DNA of 47,405 nucleotides from Ignavibacteria bacterium (lineage in GTDB: Bacteria > Bacteroidota > Ignavibacteria > UBA10030 > UBA6906): positions 1 to 47,405 of the forward strand of contig JAPUKJ010000115.1 of the NCBI GenBank assembly GCA_027295705.1, read 5' to 3'. The translations under genes and the position numbers were made by a program. The notes under the pieces are model-generated. The model had not been told where the DNA came from. It did not search any database and worked only from the letters and a program-made list of their open reading frames with translations. Of this stretch, positions 7,937 to 18,600 are shown in pieces; the first letter of the stretch is position 1, and every line of letters begins with the position of its first letter.

Positions 7937-8121
7937 AGGGGGACACAGGCAAAAGTGTACGAAAAGTTTTGAGGAATATACCCACGAGGCTGCGGAAATG
8001 CAACCAGGTGGACGGAGGTGCTGAATTTGAGCAAAGTCTTTGCAGACTTCTTTGAATGGTGCGTCCGTTGGCACATTATTTCATTTTTTTGTACCATGAC
8101 AGCCACACGTTCAGCCTTCCC

Positions 8122-9342
8122 ATGGTCGACAACATGGTAAAAGAAAATATCCGCCAAGAAACGGCTCAGATTTTTCCCACGCTGGTCCAACTCCGCCGAC
8201 AAATCCACAAAAATCCTGAGCTTGGGTTTGAAGAGCAGAAGACCTCCGCACTTGTTGCCAGAACCTTGCGCTCCCTAGGGCTGAGAGTCCAGGCAGGTAT
8301 TGCCAAAACAGGAGTGGTGGGAATGCTTGAGGGGAGGAAGAAATCGCCCGTTGTAGCATTGCGGGCGGATATGGACGCGCTCCCAATCCATGAGCAGAAT
8401 AAAATCCCCTATCGTTCGTCTCTGCAAGGAAAGATGCACGCCTGCGGCCATGATGCACATACGGCAATTGCTTTGGGAGCAGCGATGTTGCTTTCCTCTA
8501 TGAAAGATCAACTTGACGGGAGTGTGAAGTTTATTTTTGAGCCATGTGAAGAGAAATCCCCGTCAGGTGCGGCGGAGCTGATAAAAAGGGGCGTATTGGC
8601 GAATCCCAAGGTCGGTGCTATCTTTGGAATGCATGTGTTTGCCCGGGCAGAAGTTGGCAGGGTTGGCTTTCGCGCGGGTCCCATGATGGCGGCCTCGGAT
8701 GAGCTATATATCACGATCAAAGGTAAAGGAGGGCATGGAGCCTTTCCCCATCTTTCAGTTGACGCCCTTGTTGTTGCGGCGGAGGTTGTGCTTGCTCTTC
8801 AAAAAGTGATCAGTCGCCAAGTCAACCCGTTTTCCCCGCATGTGTTAACCATTGGAAAGATAGAAGGCGGAACTGCACCTAACATCATTCCGAACGAAGT
8901 GAAGATCACTGGGACGCTTCGTTCGATGGATGAGAAGTGGCGAAAGCAAGCCCGCAAATCCATCGTTCGCATGATCAAAGGAGTTACGAGCGCTTCTGGT
9001 GCGTCGTTCGAGCTAGAGATCAAAGAAGCGGGTCCGGTTCTTGTCAATGACGAGAGACTAACAAAGTTTGCCGAAGATGTCTGCAAGGACTACCTAGGCC
9101 CGCGGAACGTATTCACTGTCGAACCTGTGATGGGTGGTGAGCCCTTTGCGTACTATCTCCAAAAAGTGCCCGGCACGTTCTTCCGCCTTGGTATCGCGAA
9201 CCGGCGGAAGGGCATCGTCCACGATCTTCACACACCACGGTTTAACATAGACGAGGAAGCTCTGAAGGTCGGTGCCGGATTCTTTGCTTACCTTGCTCAC
9301 GAATATCTGAGTTCTGCTCCGCGTCTCGTGAGAGATCTATGA
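8122..9342 (+). CDS. M20-family amidohydrolase (N-acyl-amino acid / hippurate hydrolase type)
   Basis: The motifs LRRQIHKNPELGFEEQKTS, MHACGHDAH and GKGGHGAFPH are typical of the M20D family. I chose the start at the ATG at 8122. ATG 8134 and the track start at 8056 are alternatives. Confidence 0.85.
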   Translation: MVDNMVKENIRQETAQIFPTLVQLRRQIHKNPELGFEEQKTSALVARTLRSLGLRVQAGIAKTGVVGMLEGRKKSPVVALRADMDALPIHEQNKIPYRSSLQGKMHACGHDAHTAIALGAAMLLSSMKDQLDGSVKFIFEPCEEKSPSGAAELIKRGVLANPKVGAIFGMHVFARAEVGRVGFRAGPMMAASDELYITIKGKGGHGAFPHLSVDALVVAAEVVLALQKVISRQVNPFSPHVLTIGKIEGGTAPNIIPNEVKITGTLRSMDEKWRKQARKSIVRMIKGVTSASGASFELEIKEAGPVLVNDERLTKFAEDVCKDYLGPRNVFTVEPVMGGEPFAYYLQKVPGTFFRLGIANRRKGIVHDLHTPRFNIDEEALKVGAGFFAYLAHEYLSSAPRLVRDL

Positions 9343-9382
9343 ATGCACAGCCGTGTTAGGTTGGGTTTCTCCGTGACTTAGA

Positions 9383-11380
9383 TTGTACGACCGGAAACCT
9401 GAAGACTATCCGCGAAATAAATTCTCTAATCAGTTACATTCTCTCCGGAAGCTTGATTTCCACTTGAAGCTACTTCATCGTCTGACACTCTCTCCAGGAT
9501 GGCCTGCATTTGGTGTCTCACTTTTTGCATTCGTGGTATATCTCGAAACGCTAGCACCTACCGTCACTTTCATAGACAACGGTGAACTTGCCGCAGTAGC
9601 GTGCACATTGGGGATTGCACACCCCACAGGGTATCCCCTGTTTACACTTCTAGGTTGGATGTTCTCAAGACTTCCAATTGCGTCTGAGGAAATCGTTCGG
9701 CTGAATATCATGGCGGCCTTTTTCTGCGCCGTTGGGGTTTACTTCTTCTACCTTCTTGTGCATGTGATTCTCACCTTTCTCTCCAAGCACTCTGGAGTCA
9801 TTAAACTGAGAAAAGATGGGAATCTCTCAACAGCTCTCTTTGTAGCGAGTGCCGGAGCGTCACTGTTACTTGCATTCTCGGAGACGTATTGGTCCCAAGC
9901 AGTTTCGATTGAAGTGTATTCATTACACGTGTTGTTTCTTTCTCTGGTTATGCTTCTGTTTGTCAAGGCAAATTCATCGGAGTTTGACGATGCGGTGGCT
10001 GAGGGCTCCAGGAGTGAGATGCCCAGAGGCGTATGGTGGATTCTCTTTGCCTTTACGCTAGGTCTTGCTTTCACTAATCACATGACGACCATCTTGTTGG
10101 CGCTGGGCTTGTTGTTCCTCTATTTCGCAACTCAAGGAAATAGCGCTACGTCGTGGAAACGTATCGGTTTTATGACGATACCGTTTGTTCTCGGACTGTC
10201 TGTGTACTTGTACTTGCCGATCCGTGCGGCTCAGTCGCCGCAGTTGAACTGGGGGAACACATCAACCTTTGAAAGATTCTTATGGCATCTCAGCGGCAAG
10301 CAGTATCGCGTTTGGATTTTTTCTTCTACTGAAGCTGCTAGTCGACAGCTCAAGTACTTTCTGAATACTCTACCGGAGGAATTTGCCTACATCGGCATAA
10401 TCGCAGCATTGATAGGCTTGTTCACGTTGTGGCGCGGGCACAGGAGGCTTTTCGTTGCTACTAATCTGTTGTTCTTAACGTGCGTTCTCTATTCGATCAA
10501 TTATGATATTCACGATATCGACTCGTACTTTCTACTCGCATACTTTTGCATAGCTCTCTGGGCGGGCTGTGGACTACTAGCAATGTTCTTTTGGATTAGT
10601 GCAAAGACATCATTGAAGATACCTATGCTGGCAGCTTTGCTAATTGGGGTAAGTCTAACCCCATTTTTTTTTCATCACGCAAAGACAAATGAGAGGGAAA
10701 ACTATTTGGTAGAGGACTACACGATGAACATGTTCGCATCCCTTGAGCCGGATGCATTGGTTTTCTCATTCCAATGGGACTATTGGGTTTCTGCATCGTA
10801 CTACTATCAATTCGTTAAGGGCGTGCGACCCGATGTGGTGGTGGTTGACAAGGAACTTCTCCGCCGATCATGGTACTTAGAAGAATTAGACGAACGCCAC
10901 CCGTGGTTACTAAGAGAGTCTGAAACTGAGGTAGAGGCATTCCGCACGGAGCTCTACAAGTTTGAACATGATCTCCCGTACAATCCAAATCTCATACAAG
11001 CGCGGTTCGTCGCGATGATCTCGAGCTTTATTTGGAAAAGCTTGATCTCGAGGCCTGTGTATGTGACACGGGAAATCGAACCGGAGTTTACGCAGGGTTT
11101 GCAGAGAGTTCCTCATGGTCTTGCCCTGCGATTGATGCCAGATACGCTTTTCCACCCAACTAGCATGCCATCCATAGCATATCGATCCTTTGAACAGGCA
11201 GGGCGATTGGAAGATATGATAAAAAGGCTATATGCATGGGCTTTTATTGCACAAGGGGTTTATGAGTATAAAAAAGGGGGTAATCCTGTAAACGCTGAAC
11301 GTTTGCTGAAGCGGGCGTTGGAATTTGACAAGTCATCTGCTGAGGCACGTAGGTGGATAAATGCAATCGGTGGCCAGTAG
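9383..11380 (+). CDS. DUF2723 / TMEM260-like polytopic membrane protein (putative glycosyltransferase-C fold)
   Basis: 665 aa with many hydrophobic segments. The N-terminal PTVTFIDNGELAAVACTLGIAHPTGYPLFTLLG resembles the DUF2723 signature, and there is a soluble C-terminal domain. The TTG start at 9383 is uncertain; an in-frame TTG about 30 codons downstream is possible. Confidence 0.65.
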   Translation: MYDRKPEDYPRNKFSNQLHSLRKLDFHLKLLHRLTLSPGWPAFGVSLFAFVVYLETLAPTVTFIDNGELAAVACTLGIAHPTGYPLFTLLGWMFSRLPIASEEIVRLNIMAAFFCAVGVYFFYLLVHVILTFLSKHSGVIKLRKDGNLSTALFVASAGASLLLAFSETYWSQAVSIEVYSLHVLFLSLVMLLFVKANSSEFDDAVAEGSRSEMPRGVWWILFAFTLGLAFTNHMTTILLALGLLFLYFATQGNSATSWKRIGFMTIPFVLGLSVYLYLPIRAAQSPQLNWGNTSTFERFLWHLSGKQYRVWIFSSTEAASRQLKYFLNTLPEEFAYIGIIAALIGLFTLWRGHRRLFVATNLLFLTCVLYSINYDIHDIDSYFLLAYFCIALWAGCGLLAMFFWISAKTSLKIPMLAALLIGVSLTPFFFHHAKTNERENYLVEDYTMNMFASLEPDALVFSFQWDYWVSASYYYQFVKGVRPDVVVVDKELLRRSWYLEELDERHPWLLRESETEVEAFRTELYKFEHDLPYNPNLIQARFVAMISSFIWKSLISRPVYVTREIEPEFTQGLQRVPHGLALRLMPDTLFHPTSMPSIAYRSFEQAGRLEDMIKRLYAWAFIAQGVYEYKKGGNPVNAERLLKRALEFDKSSAEARRWINAIGGQ

Positions 11381-11446
11381 GGGGGTATGGGTGGGAAAAG
11401 AGAAGGAGGGTGAGGGGATGTAAGGTTTGGATTAGGTTTAGATGGG

Positions 11447-11474
11447 TTGACTATTTGTCCTATTTTGTTATATT
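11447..11474 (+). promoter_or_regulatory. Sigma-70-like promoter candidate for the tRNA-rpmG-secE-nusG unit
   Basis: TTGACT (11447-11452), a 16-nt spacer, then TATATT (11469-11474). It sits about 95 nt upstream of the first tRNA. Confidence 0.4.
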
Positions 11475-11569
11475 TAGGTGCTCGGCTCATTTGCTCTACC
11501 ACACAGAGAGTTACTTATCACCCATGGTGCAGGAGTTATCTGCGCCTGAGAAAGGGTGATTTTTTTGTT

Positions 11570-11642
11570 GCTGGCGTAGCTCAATTGGCAGAGCAGCTGA
11601 TTTGTAATCAGCAGGTTGCGGGTTCGAGTCCCATCGCCAGCT
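11570..11642 (+). tRNA. tRNA-Thr (anticodon TGT)
   Basis: Hand-folded cloverleaf. Acceptor gctggcg/cgccagc, D arm gctc-aattggca-gagc, anticodon arm gctga-ttTGTaa-tcagc, T arm gcggg-ttcgagt-cccat (one mismatch). No encoded CCA. Confidence 0.85.
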
Positions 11643-11676
11643 CTTGTCGGGATTGCAGGGACGCCTTTGGGGACTT

Positions 11677-11759
11677 GGGCAGGTAGCGAAGCGGTTAAAC
11701 GCAACAGACTGTAAATCTGTCGGCTGATGCCTTCGGAGGTTCGAATCCTTCCCTGCCCA
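11677..11759 (+). tRNA. tRNA-Tyr (anticodon GTA), long variable arm
   Basis: Acceptor gggcagg/cctgccc, anticodon arm acaga-ctGTAaa-tctgt, variable stem ggc-tgat-gcc, T arm ggagg-ttcgaat-ccttc. Confidence 0.9.
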
Positions 11760-11783
11760 CGCGAGAGCCAGAACGGAATTGAT

Positions 11784-11856
11784 GCGGGAGTAACTCAGTT
11801 GGTAGAGTCACAGCCTTCCAAGCTGTTGGTCGCGGGTTCGAGTCCCGTCTCCCGCT
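11784..11856 (+). tRNA. tRNA-Gly (anticodon TCC)
   Basis: Acceptor gcgggag/ctcccgc, anticodon arm acagc-ctTCCaa-gctgt, T arm gcggg-ttcgagt-cccgt. Confidence 0.9.
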
Positions 11857-11883
11857 CAGTGCAGCAGGCGCATTTGCAATCTT

Positions 11884-11956
<73 letters not shown>

Positions 11957-11994
11957 CGAATGAAGTGTTCACAGCAAACTCGGAGGCTCTTGTC

Positions 11995-12144
11995 GTGAGA
12001 GATCTGATAACGTTAGAGTGTACGAATTGCAGAAGAAGGAACTATTCGACCACAAAGAACAAAAAGAAACAGCCTGGCCGAGTAGAGTACAAAAAGTTCT
12101 GCCGATTCTGTGGTAAGCACATCGTGCATAAGGAGACTCGTTAG
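11995..12144 (+). CDS. rpmG: 50S ribosomal protein L33 (Cys-rich, zinc-ribbon form)
   Basis: GTG at 11995 follows GGAGG at 11983-11987. The 49-aa product MRDLITLECTNCRRRNYSTTKNKKKQPGRVEYKKFCRFCGKHIVHKETR matches the short L33 form. The upstream part of the 81-aa track ORF overlaps tRNA-Thr. Confidence 0.85.
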   Translation: MRDLITLECTNCRRRNYSTTKNKKKQPGRVEYKKFCRFCGKHIVHKETR

Positions 12145-12195
12145 CGTCGAGGGGCACCAAAGAACAATTCTTTTGTTCAAGGATTAGTGATCTAT

Positions 12196-12269
12196 ACGTC
12201 AGTAGCTCAATCGGCTAGAGCAGCGGTCTCCAAAACCGCAGGTTGGGGGTTCGAGTCCCTCCTGACGTG
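12196..12269 (+). tRNA. tRNA-Trp (anticodon CCA)
   Basis: Acceptor acgtcag/ctgacgt, anticodon arm gcggt-ctCCAaa-accgc, T arm ggggg-ttcgagt-ccctc. It is in the classic position upstream of secE. Confidence 0.9.
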
Positions 12270-12344
12270 CGACGTTGCTGGAAGTTCACGATGATGTGCG
12301 CGTTCACACGTGGAGAGGGGCAGAACTTCGGTGGACATTGAGCC

Positions 12345-12527
12345 ATGAAAGAGAAGATTATTGCCTTCTTCACCGATGTGGTGAAGGAGATGAATAAAGT
12401 TACCTGGCCGAAGAAAAACGACCTCCGCGACTCGACGGTGATTGTGCTAGTGGTTTGCGTGATCATTGCAGCATTCGTTTATGTTGTAGACACCGCCGTC
12501 AGCGGTGTTCTTCGGCAAATACTCTAA
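12345..12527 (+). CDS. secE: Preprotein translocase subunit SecE
   Basis: 60 aa. It contains FFTDVVKEMNKVTWPKKNDL followed by a single TM helix, and is positioned before nusG. Confidence 0.9.
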   Translation: MKEKIIAFFTDVVKEMNKVTWPKKNDLRDSTVIVLVVCVIIAAFVYVVDTAVSGVLRQIL

Positions 12528-13078
12528 TGCGGGAAGGTGTTTTGTTGGAAAAGAAATGGTATGTGGTTCGAACCTATTCTGGTCACGAGAACAAAGTAAA
12601 GGCATATATTGAGAATGAGATCGCTCAGGCGATGCTCCAAGAGCGAGTCTCGTCTGTAATCGTCCCATCTGAAAAAGTTTTTGAGGTTAGGGATGGCAAG
12701 AAAAAAAGCAAGACTCGGACCTTCTTTCCAGGGTACGTTCTCATAGAAGCGGTTTTGGATAAGGAAACTACGCACCTGATTCTCAATACTCCTTCTGTCA
12801 TTAGTTTTGTTGGACCGAAGAACGCGCCTGCTCCATTGCAAACCTCGGAAATACAGAGGCTCATTGGGAAAATTGAGGAGCGGAAGGACGTTGAGATGGT
12901 TGAAGCGCCGTTTAAGGTAGGCGACGCTGTGAAGGTGACCGATGGTCCCTTTAATAACTTCAACGGGTTTGTGCAGGAGGTGAATGAAGAAAAGATGAAG
13001 GTGAAAGTGATGGTCTCTATCTTCGGTCGCAAGACACCGGTAGAATTGGTTTTCACTCAGGTAGAAGCGGAGAGATAA
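12527..13078 (+). CDS. nusG: Transcription termination/antitermination factor NusG
   Basis: The ATG overlaps the secE stop (TAATG). The sequence has KKWYVVRTYSGHENKV (NGN domain) and KVGDAVKVTDGPFNNFNGFVQEV (KOW). The track ORF start at 12455 lies inside secE and is unlikely. Confidence 0.9.
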   Translation: MREGVLLEKKWYVVRTYSGHENKVKAYIENEIAQAMLQERVSSVIVPSEKVFEVRDGKKKSKTRTFFPGYVLIEAVLDKETTHLILNTPSVISFVGPKNAPAPLQTSEIQRLIGKIEERKDVEMVEAPFKVGDAVKVTDGPFNNFNGFVQEVNEEKMKVKVMVSIFGRKTPVELVFTQVEAER

Positions 13079-13121
13079 ACCATATTGTCCTCTGCTCAGG
13101 GTGCATTAAGAGAATAGCACT

Positions 13122-13544
13122 ATGAAGAAAGTCGTTGGCTTCGTAAAGTTGCAGATCCCTGCAGGTCAGGCGAACCCGGCCCCGCCTGTTGGCCCCGCTC
13201 TTGGTCAAAAGGGGGTCAACATTATGGAATTTTGCAAGCAGTTTAATGCGCGGACTCAGGCTCAGATCGGGCTGATCATTCCCGTTGTTATTACGGTGTT
13301 TTCGGATAGATCATTCTCCTTCATAACGAAGACTCCTCCGGCTGCTGTTCTGTTGGCCAAAGCAGCAAAAGTGGAAAAGGGCTCAGCTGAATCAAACAAG
13401 ACGAAGGTTGGCAAAGTCACCAAAAAGCAGATTCGCGAGATTGCTGAGTTGAAAATGCCTGATTTAAATGCCGTAGATGTAGAGGGTGCAATGAAGGTGA
13501 TTGCGGGCACCGCGCGCAGCATGGGCATCACTGTTGAAGGATAG
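13122..13544 (+). CDS. rplK: 50S ribosomal protein L11
   Basis: 140 aa with the signature [28 protein letters not shown]. Confidence 0.97.
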   Translation: MKKVVGFVKLQIPAGQANPAPPVGPALGQKGVNIMEFCKQFNARTQAQIGLIIPVVITVFSDRSFSFITKTPPAAVLLAKAAKVEKGSAESNKTKVGKVTKKQIREIAELKMPDLNAVDVEGAMKVIAGTARSMGITVEG

Positions 13545-13612
13545 GTCGACTTATTATCATGTGGGAGTTCCGAATGCTTGGAACGCTGCACCACAAGTGA
13601 GGAAAGACAACT

Positions 13613-14308
13613 ATGAAAACAAGCAAACGCTATAAAGAGAGCGTTGCCAAGATTGAGCCCGGGAAGAGTCATACAACCGAAGAAGCAGTAGTCCGAGTAA
13701 GAGAAGCTGCTTCAACAAAGTTTGTCGAATCGGTAGATATTGCCGTCCGTCTAGGCGTCGACCCTAAAAAGGCCGATCAGGCGGTTCGTGGAACGGTATC
13801 ACTACCTCATGGGGTTGGACGGGAGGTTCGGGTTCTCGTCCTAGCAAAGCCCCCGAAGGATGAGGAGGCAAAAGGTGCAGGTGCTGAGCATGCGGGTCTG
13901 GCAGAGTATCTACAAAAGATTAAGGATGGGTGGTCTGATGTTGATGTTATCATTGCGACCCCTGATGTTATGGGTGAAGTTGGAAGGCTTGGCAAGATTC
14001 TCGGTCCGCGCGGGCTGATGCCAAATCCTAAGAGCGGCACCGTTACGCCTGACGTTGCCAAAGCTGTGAAGGAGGTCAAAGCCGGAAAGATTGAATTCCG
14101 GGTCGACAAGACAGGTATCCTGCACGCGACTGTGGGCAAGGCAGATTTTGAGTCGAAGCAACTAGTTGAGAATATTCAAGCATTCTTGAGCACGGTTGTC
14201 CGTCTCAAGCCTGCGTCCGCAAAGGGGACATATATAAAGAGTGTTTCGCTTTCTAGCACAATGGGTCCCGGTGTGAGAATCGATCGAAACCAGGTTCCAG
14301 CGCGCTAA
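13613..14308 (+). CDS. rplA: 50S ribosomal protein L1
   Basis: 231 aa with the L1 motifs [20 protein letters not shown] and [15 protein letters not shown]. Confidence 0.97.
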   Translation: MKTSKRYKESVAKIEPGKSHTTEEAVVRVREAASTKFVESVDIAVRLGVDPKKADQAVRGTVSLPHGVGREVRVLVLAKPPKDEEAKGAGAEHAGLAEYLQKIKDGWSDVDVIIATPDVMGEVGRLGKILGPRGLMPNPKSGTVTPDVAKAVKEVKAGKIEFRVDKTGILHATVGKADFESKQLVENIQAFLSTVVRLKPASAKGTYIKSVSLSSTMGPGVRIDRNQVPAR

Positions 14309-14385
14309 AGAATTCATGCAATTGCCCAGCGCGTAGGCGAGAGCAATTATGGATTGCACAAGGCATTGGACAATGTCGTGAGGAC

Positions 14386-14910
14386 TTGATGAGACTTTCA
14401 GAAAAAGAAAAAATTGTCTCGGAGGTTGCAGAAACTGCCAGAAGAGCACGGGGGATGTTCTTCACCGATTTTAGAGGGTTGACTGTCCAGCAGGCAAACG
14501 AATTGCGTCGCGAGTTTCGCAAATCGGACATCGATTACAGGGTCGTGAAGAACACACTCATCCACAAAGCTCTGGAAAGCGTGACCGGATGTGACAGGGT
14601 AATTGACAAGCTTATCGGTCCCACTGGTATAGCCTTTGCATTTGAAGATCCCGTCTCACCAGCGCGGATCATTCAGAAGTTTGTTGACAAGCACAAGAAG
14701 CTATCGCTTAAAGTTTGCGTGCTTGAGCACGAAGTCTACGAGGGTTCGAAGTTAAAAGAGCTTGCTAAATTTCCAACTCGCGAAGAGACAATAGCAGTCA
14801 TCATGAGCACCATTCAAGCTCCTCTGGCAGGTGTACCAAATGTGATCAACGCAATTATGCGTGATTTGGTATGCGTGATTAGCGAGATCGAGAAGAAAAA
14901 AACTGCGTAA
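14386..14910 (+). CDS. rplJ: 50S ribosomal protein L10
   Basis: 174 aa containing FFTDFRGLTVQQANELRREFRK. The adjacent ATG at 14389 is an equally possible start. Confidence 0.95.
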   Translation: MMRLSEKEKIVSEVAETARRARGMFFTDFRGLTVQQANELRREFRKSDIDYRVVKNTLIHKALESVTGCDRVIDKLIGPTGIAFAFEDPVSPARIIQKFVDKHKKLSLKVCVLEHEVYEGSKLKELAKFPTREETIAVIMSTIQAPLAGVPNVINAIMRDLVCVISEIEKKKTA

Positions 14911-14982
14911 CAATTTGTAACACCGAAAGAGCACCGGGATCGGAACTAGAATTTTGTTCTTACTAAAATAGGAGAAAACGCA

Positions 14983-15363
14983 ATGTCAGCAGTTCCCGAA
15001 ATCGTGGAAAAAATTGAGAAGCTTACGCTCCTCGAAGCCGTTGAACTGAAGAAAACTCTAGAGGAGAAGTTCGGTGTGACAGCGGCAGCGCCAGTGGTAA
15101 TGGGTGGCGCAATGCCTGCAGCACCTGATGCAGCTTCGGCAGACGAGGAAAAGACCGAGTTTACTGTTGTGTTGAAAACTGTGGGAGCTCAGAAGATCAA
15201 TGTTATCAAAGTTGTCCGTGCGGCGACAGGTCTTGGTCTTAAGGATGCTAAGGATGTTGTGGACAGTGCACCGAAGCCGGTGAAAGAAGATATTTCGAAG
15301 GCTGATGCAGAGAGTCTGAAAAAGGAGCTGGAAGAGGCCGGGGCGCAGGTGGAGCTTAAGTAA
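14983..15363 (+). CDS. rplL: 50S ribosomal protein L7/L12
   Basis: 126 aa. It has an N-terminal dimerisation helix, an Ala/Pro hinge, and the C-terminal [19 protein letters not shown]. Confidence 0.97.
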   Translation: MSAVPEIVEKIEKLTLLEAVELKKTLEEKFGVTAAAPVVMGGAMPAAPDAASADEEKTEFTVVLKTVGAQKINVIKVVRAATGLGLKDAKDVVDSAPKPVKEDISKADAESLKKELEEAGAQVELK

Positions 15364-15670
15364 AGTCTTACGCTTGGACGGCTTTGAATAGTCCAGTGCT
15401 GTTATTGCTTTCCATTGAATTGAGAACAGTCTGAGGTATGCGATGGTCAATGAGTGTTTAGGTGGGAAAAGAAAGCAACAGGTTTATTGTCCGCCCTTCA
15501 ACCTTCTACCTTTGTTCTCAGCCTTTAACATCAGCCACGCGAGAACTCTTTCATTCGGAGTCGGTTTTCAATGCCTCGTTTCGTATTTCGTGATGCACTA
15601 TGCGACAGTCAGGTTGTGCGTGTCTATGCAAAAGCAATTCATAAACTTTTACAAGTAAGGAGTGGTACTC

Positions 15671-18600
15671 TTGAGGAACCAATCCAACGGCAGAATCTCA
15701 TTCGGGAAGATCCATGAGACCCTAGAAGTTCCCGATTTGCTGAACATTCAGCTTGAATCGTGGGAGAGTTTCGCGCAGGCTGGCACAGCGCCGAGTCGAA
15801 GGAAAAACAAGGGCCTGCAAGCGGTATTCAAGACGAATTTTCCCATCACAGATGCACGGGAAAATTTCCTGCTGGAGTTTGTTGAGTACAACGTCGAGAA
15901 GCCAAAATACACGGTGGCTGAATGTGAGGAGCGAGGCCTAACTTATGCAGTCCCGCTGAAGGCCAAACTCCGTCTTTCACAGAAGGCTGAAGACGGAAAG
16001 AGCTATGTAAAAACGATTGAGCAGGATGTGTACTTGGGGAATCTCCCCGCGATGACACATCGGGGAACGTTTATTATCAATGGAGCAGAGCGCGTTGTGG
16101 TGAGTCAGCTCCACAGGTCGCCTGGAGTGTTTTTCAGTGAGTCGATTCACCCTAATGGTACCCCAATCTTTTCTGCCCGTATCATCCCGTTCCGGGGGTC
16201 GTGGGTCGAGTTTGCGACTGACATTAATAACATCATGTATGCATACATTGACCGCAAGAAAAAGTTCCCGGTGACAACACTCCTGCGCGCACTTGGGTAC
16301 TCTTCGGATGATGAGATCCTCGAACTTTTTAACCTCGTGGATGAGATAGACGTTGCCAAGGTTGATCTCAAAGATTATGTGGGTCGGATTATCTGCAGTG
16401 ATGTGGTGGATAAGAAAACGGGGGAGATCTTCATTAGCAAGGATGCCACGCTGACGGATGAGGCGATCAAGAAAATCAAGAAATCGTCCATCAAGAAGCT
16501 GAGGTTTCTCAAACCAGAGGGAGGCGAAAGCTCTGTTATAACGAATACGATTTCAAAAGATGTCTCACGGTCGGAAGAAGATGCTTTAGGTACTATCTAC
16601 CGGCAGCTCCGTTCCGGCGATGCGCCAGATCTGGACACGGCGAAGACCTTGATCGACCGTCTCTTCTTCAACGAAAAGCGTTACGATTTGGGTGATGTGG
16701 GACGATATCGTATGAACAGCAAACTCGGCCTTGATATCCCGTTTTCCACGACAACCTTGACCAAGCAGGATATTGTTGCCATCATTAACTATGTCATCGA
16801 GTTGCAGCAGGGAAAGAAATCTATGGATGACATCGACCACCTTGGCAACCGGCGCGTGCGGACTGTTGGAGAGCAGATTGCACAGCAATTCAACATTGGT
16901 CTTGCCAGAATGGCACGGACGATTCGCGAACGGATGAACATCCGCGACAGCGGAAACCTGACTCCTCAAGATTTGGTGAACGCAAGGACAATCACAAGCG
17001 TGATCAATGCGTTTTTTGGCACAAACCCACTTTCGCAGTTCATGGATCAGACAAATCCGCTGGCAGAGCTCACGAACAAGCGTCGTATGTCAGCACTGGG
17101 GCCAGGTGGCTTAACGCGGGAACGGGCAGGATTCGAAGTCCGTGACGTACACTATACGCATTACGGTCGCTTATGTCCAATTGAGACGCCTGAGGGCCCG
17201 AACATCGGGTTGATCTCATCTCTCTGTATCCATGCACGGGTTAATGACTTTGGATTCATTGAGACGCCGTACCGTAAGGTCAAGAACGGTCGCGTGACGG
17301 ATGAGATTGAGTACTTGAACGCAGAGAAAGAGGACACATGCACCATAGCTCAGGCAAATGCGCCACTTGATGGACGCGGACATTTCGCGAAGGACCGTGT
17401 CGAGTCAAGATACCAGGGGGATTTTCCAATTGTGCGGCCGGAAGACGTACAGTATATGGACGTTGCACCCAACCAGATCGTTAGTGCTGCCGCGGGCTTG
17501 ATACCCTTCTTGGAGCATGACGATGCGAACCGCGCATTAATGGGTTCAAACATGCAGCGTCAGTCAGTTCCGTTGCTGAGTCCTGAGGCGCCTCTAGTCG
17601 GCACCGGCTTGGAAGGTAAAATTGCACGTGATTCTCGCACATTGATCCTTGCCGAGCGAAGCGGCACTGTTGAAAATGTTGATGCTGATCGCATTGTCGT
17701 TCAGTACGACATTGATGAAACGAGTACCGAAGCGCTAGTCTCGTTTGAGGACAAGCGTCGGGTAGAATATAGACTCACAAAGTTTTTCCGGTCTAACCAA
17801 GACACTTGCATTAACCAAAAGGCAGTTGTAGGACCGGGTGACAAGGTAAGAAAGGGCGAGGCTCTAGCAGATGGTCCCGCTACGCACAATGGGGAATTAG
17901 CTCTCGGGAAGAACGTACTCGTTGCATTCATGCCGTGGCACGGGTATAACTTCGAGGATGCCATCATCGTTAGCGAACGCATCGTGTCGCAAGACGTGTT
18001 CACTTCGATTCACATCGAGGACTTTGAGTTGCAAGTGAGGGATACCAAACGGGGAGAGGAGGAGTTGACGCGTGAAATACCAAACGTCAGTGAAGACGCG
18101 ACAAAGGATCTTGACGAAAACGGCATCATACGTGTGGGTGCTGAAGTCTTTGAGGGGGATCTCCTGATCGGTAAGATTACCCCGAAGGGTGAATCGGATC
18201 CGACGCCTGAAGAGAAACTATTGAAAGCAATCTTCGGTGAAAAGGCAGGAGATGTGAAGGATGCGTCTCTAAAGGCGCCGCCGGGCATGAAAGGAGTGGT
18301 CATTGCGACAAAACTGTTCAGCCGCAAGAAAAAAGACGCGGAATCGAAGAAGGAAGATAAGCGTAGCAGCGATGCCCTCGACCGTCAACGTCGTAAGGTC
18401 GTTGCCGAGCTTCGCGAGCGCCTAGCCCACAAGCTTGATCTTCTTCTGACTGACGAGAAGTCAATAGGTATCCGGGATACGGAAGGAAACGTCGTGTTCC
18501 GCAGCGGTATGCAGTTCAGCGCGGACACATTCCGCTCGTTTCCGGACGTCGAAAATCTTGATCACTCAAGTGATTGGGTGGAGGATAAGAGGAAAAATAC

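Noticed and set aside
7937-8208. Extended N-terminus of the EthD-like ORF (to 8074) and the overlapping 91-aa ORF 7933-8208
   Set aside because: The EthD-family similarity begins at the internal Met (7936). The upstream residues are Cys/Pro-rich with no motif and would invade the divergent promoter region shared with the M20 gene.
15364-15670. 71-aa ORF (15443-15658) and possible attenuator or RNase III structure in the 300-nt rplL-rpoB spacer
   Set aside because: The ORF has no RBS and an implausible composition. I found only a weak 5-bp hairpin right after rplL (tggac/gtcca) and one 8-bp long-range complement (tgagaaca at 15421-15428 with tgttctca at 15513-15520). A long rplL-rpoB spacer with attenuation is well known in other bacteria, so it is not novel and not well enough supported here to annotate.
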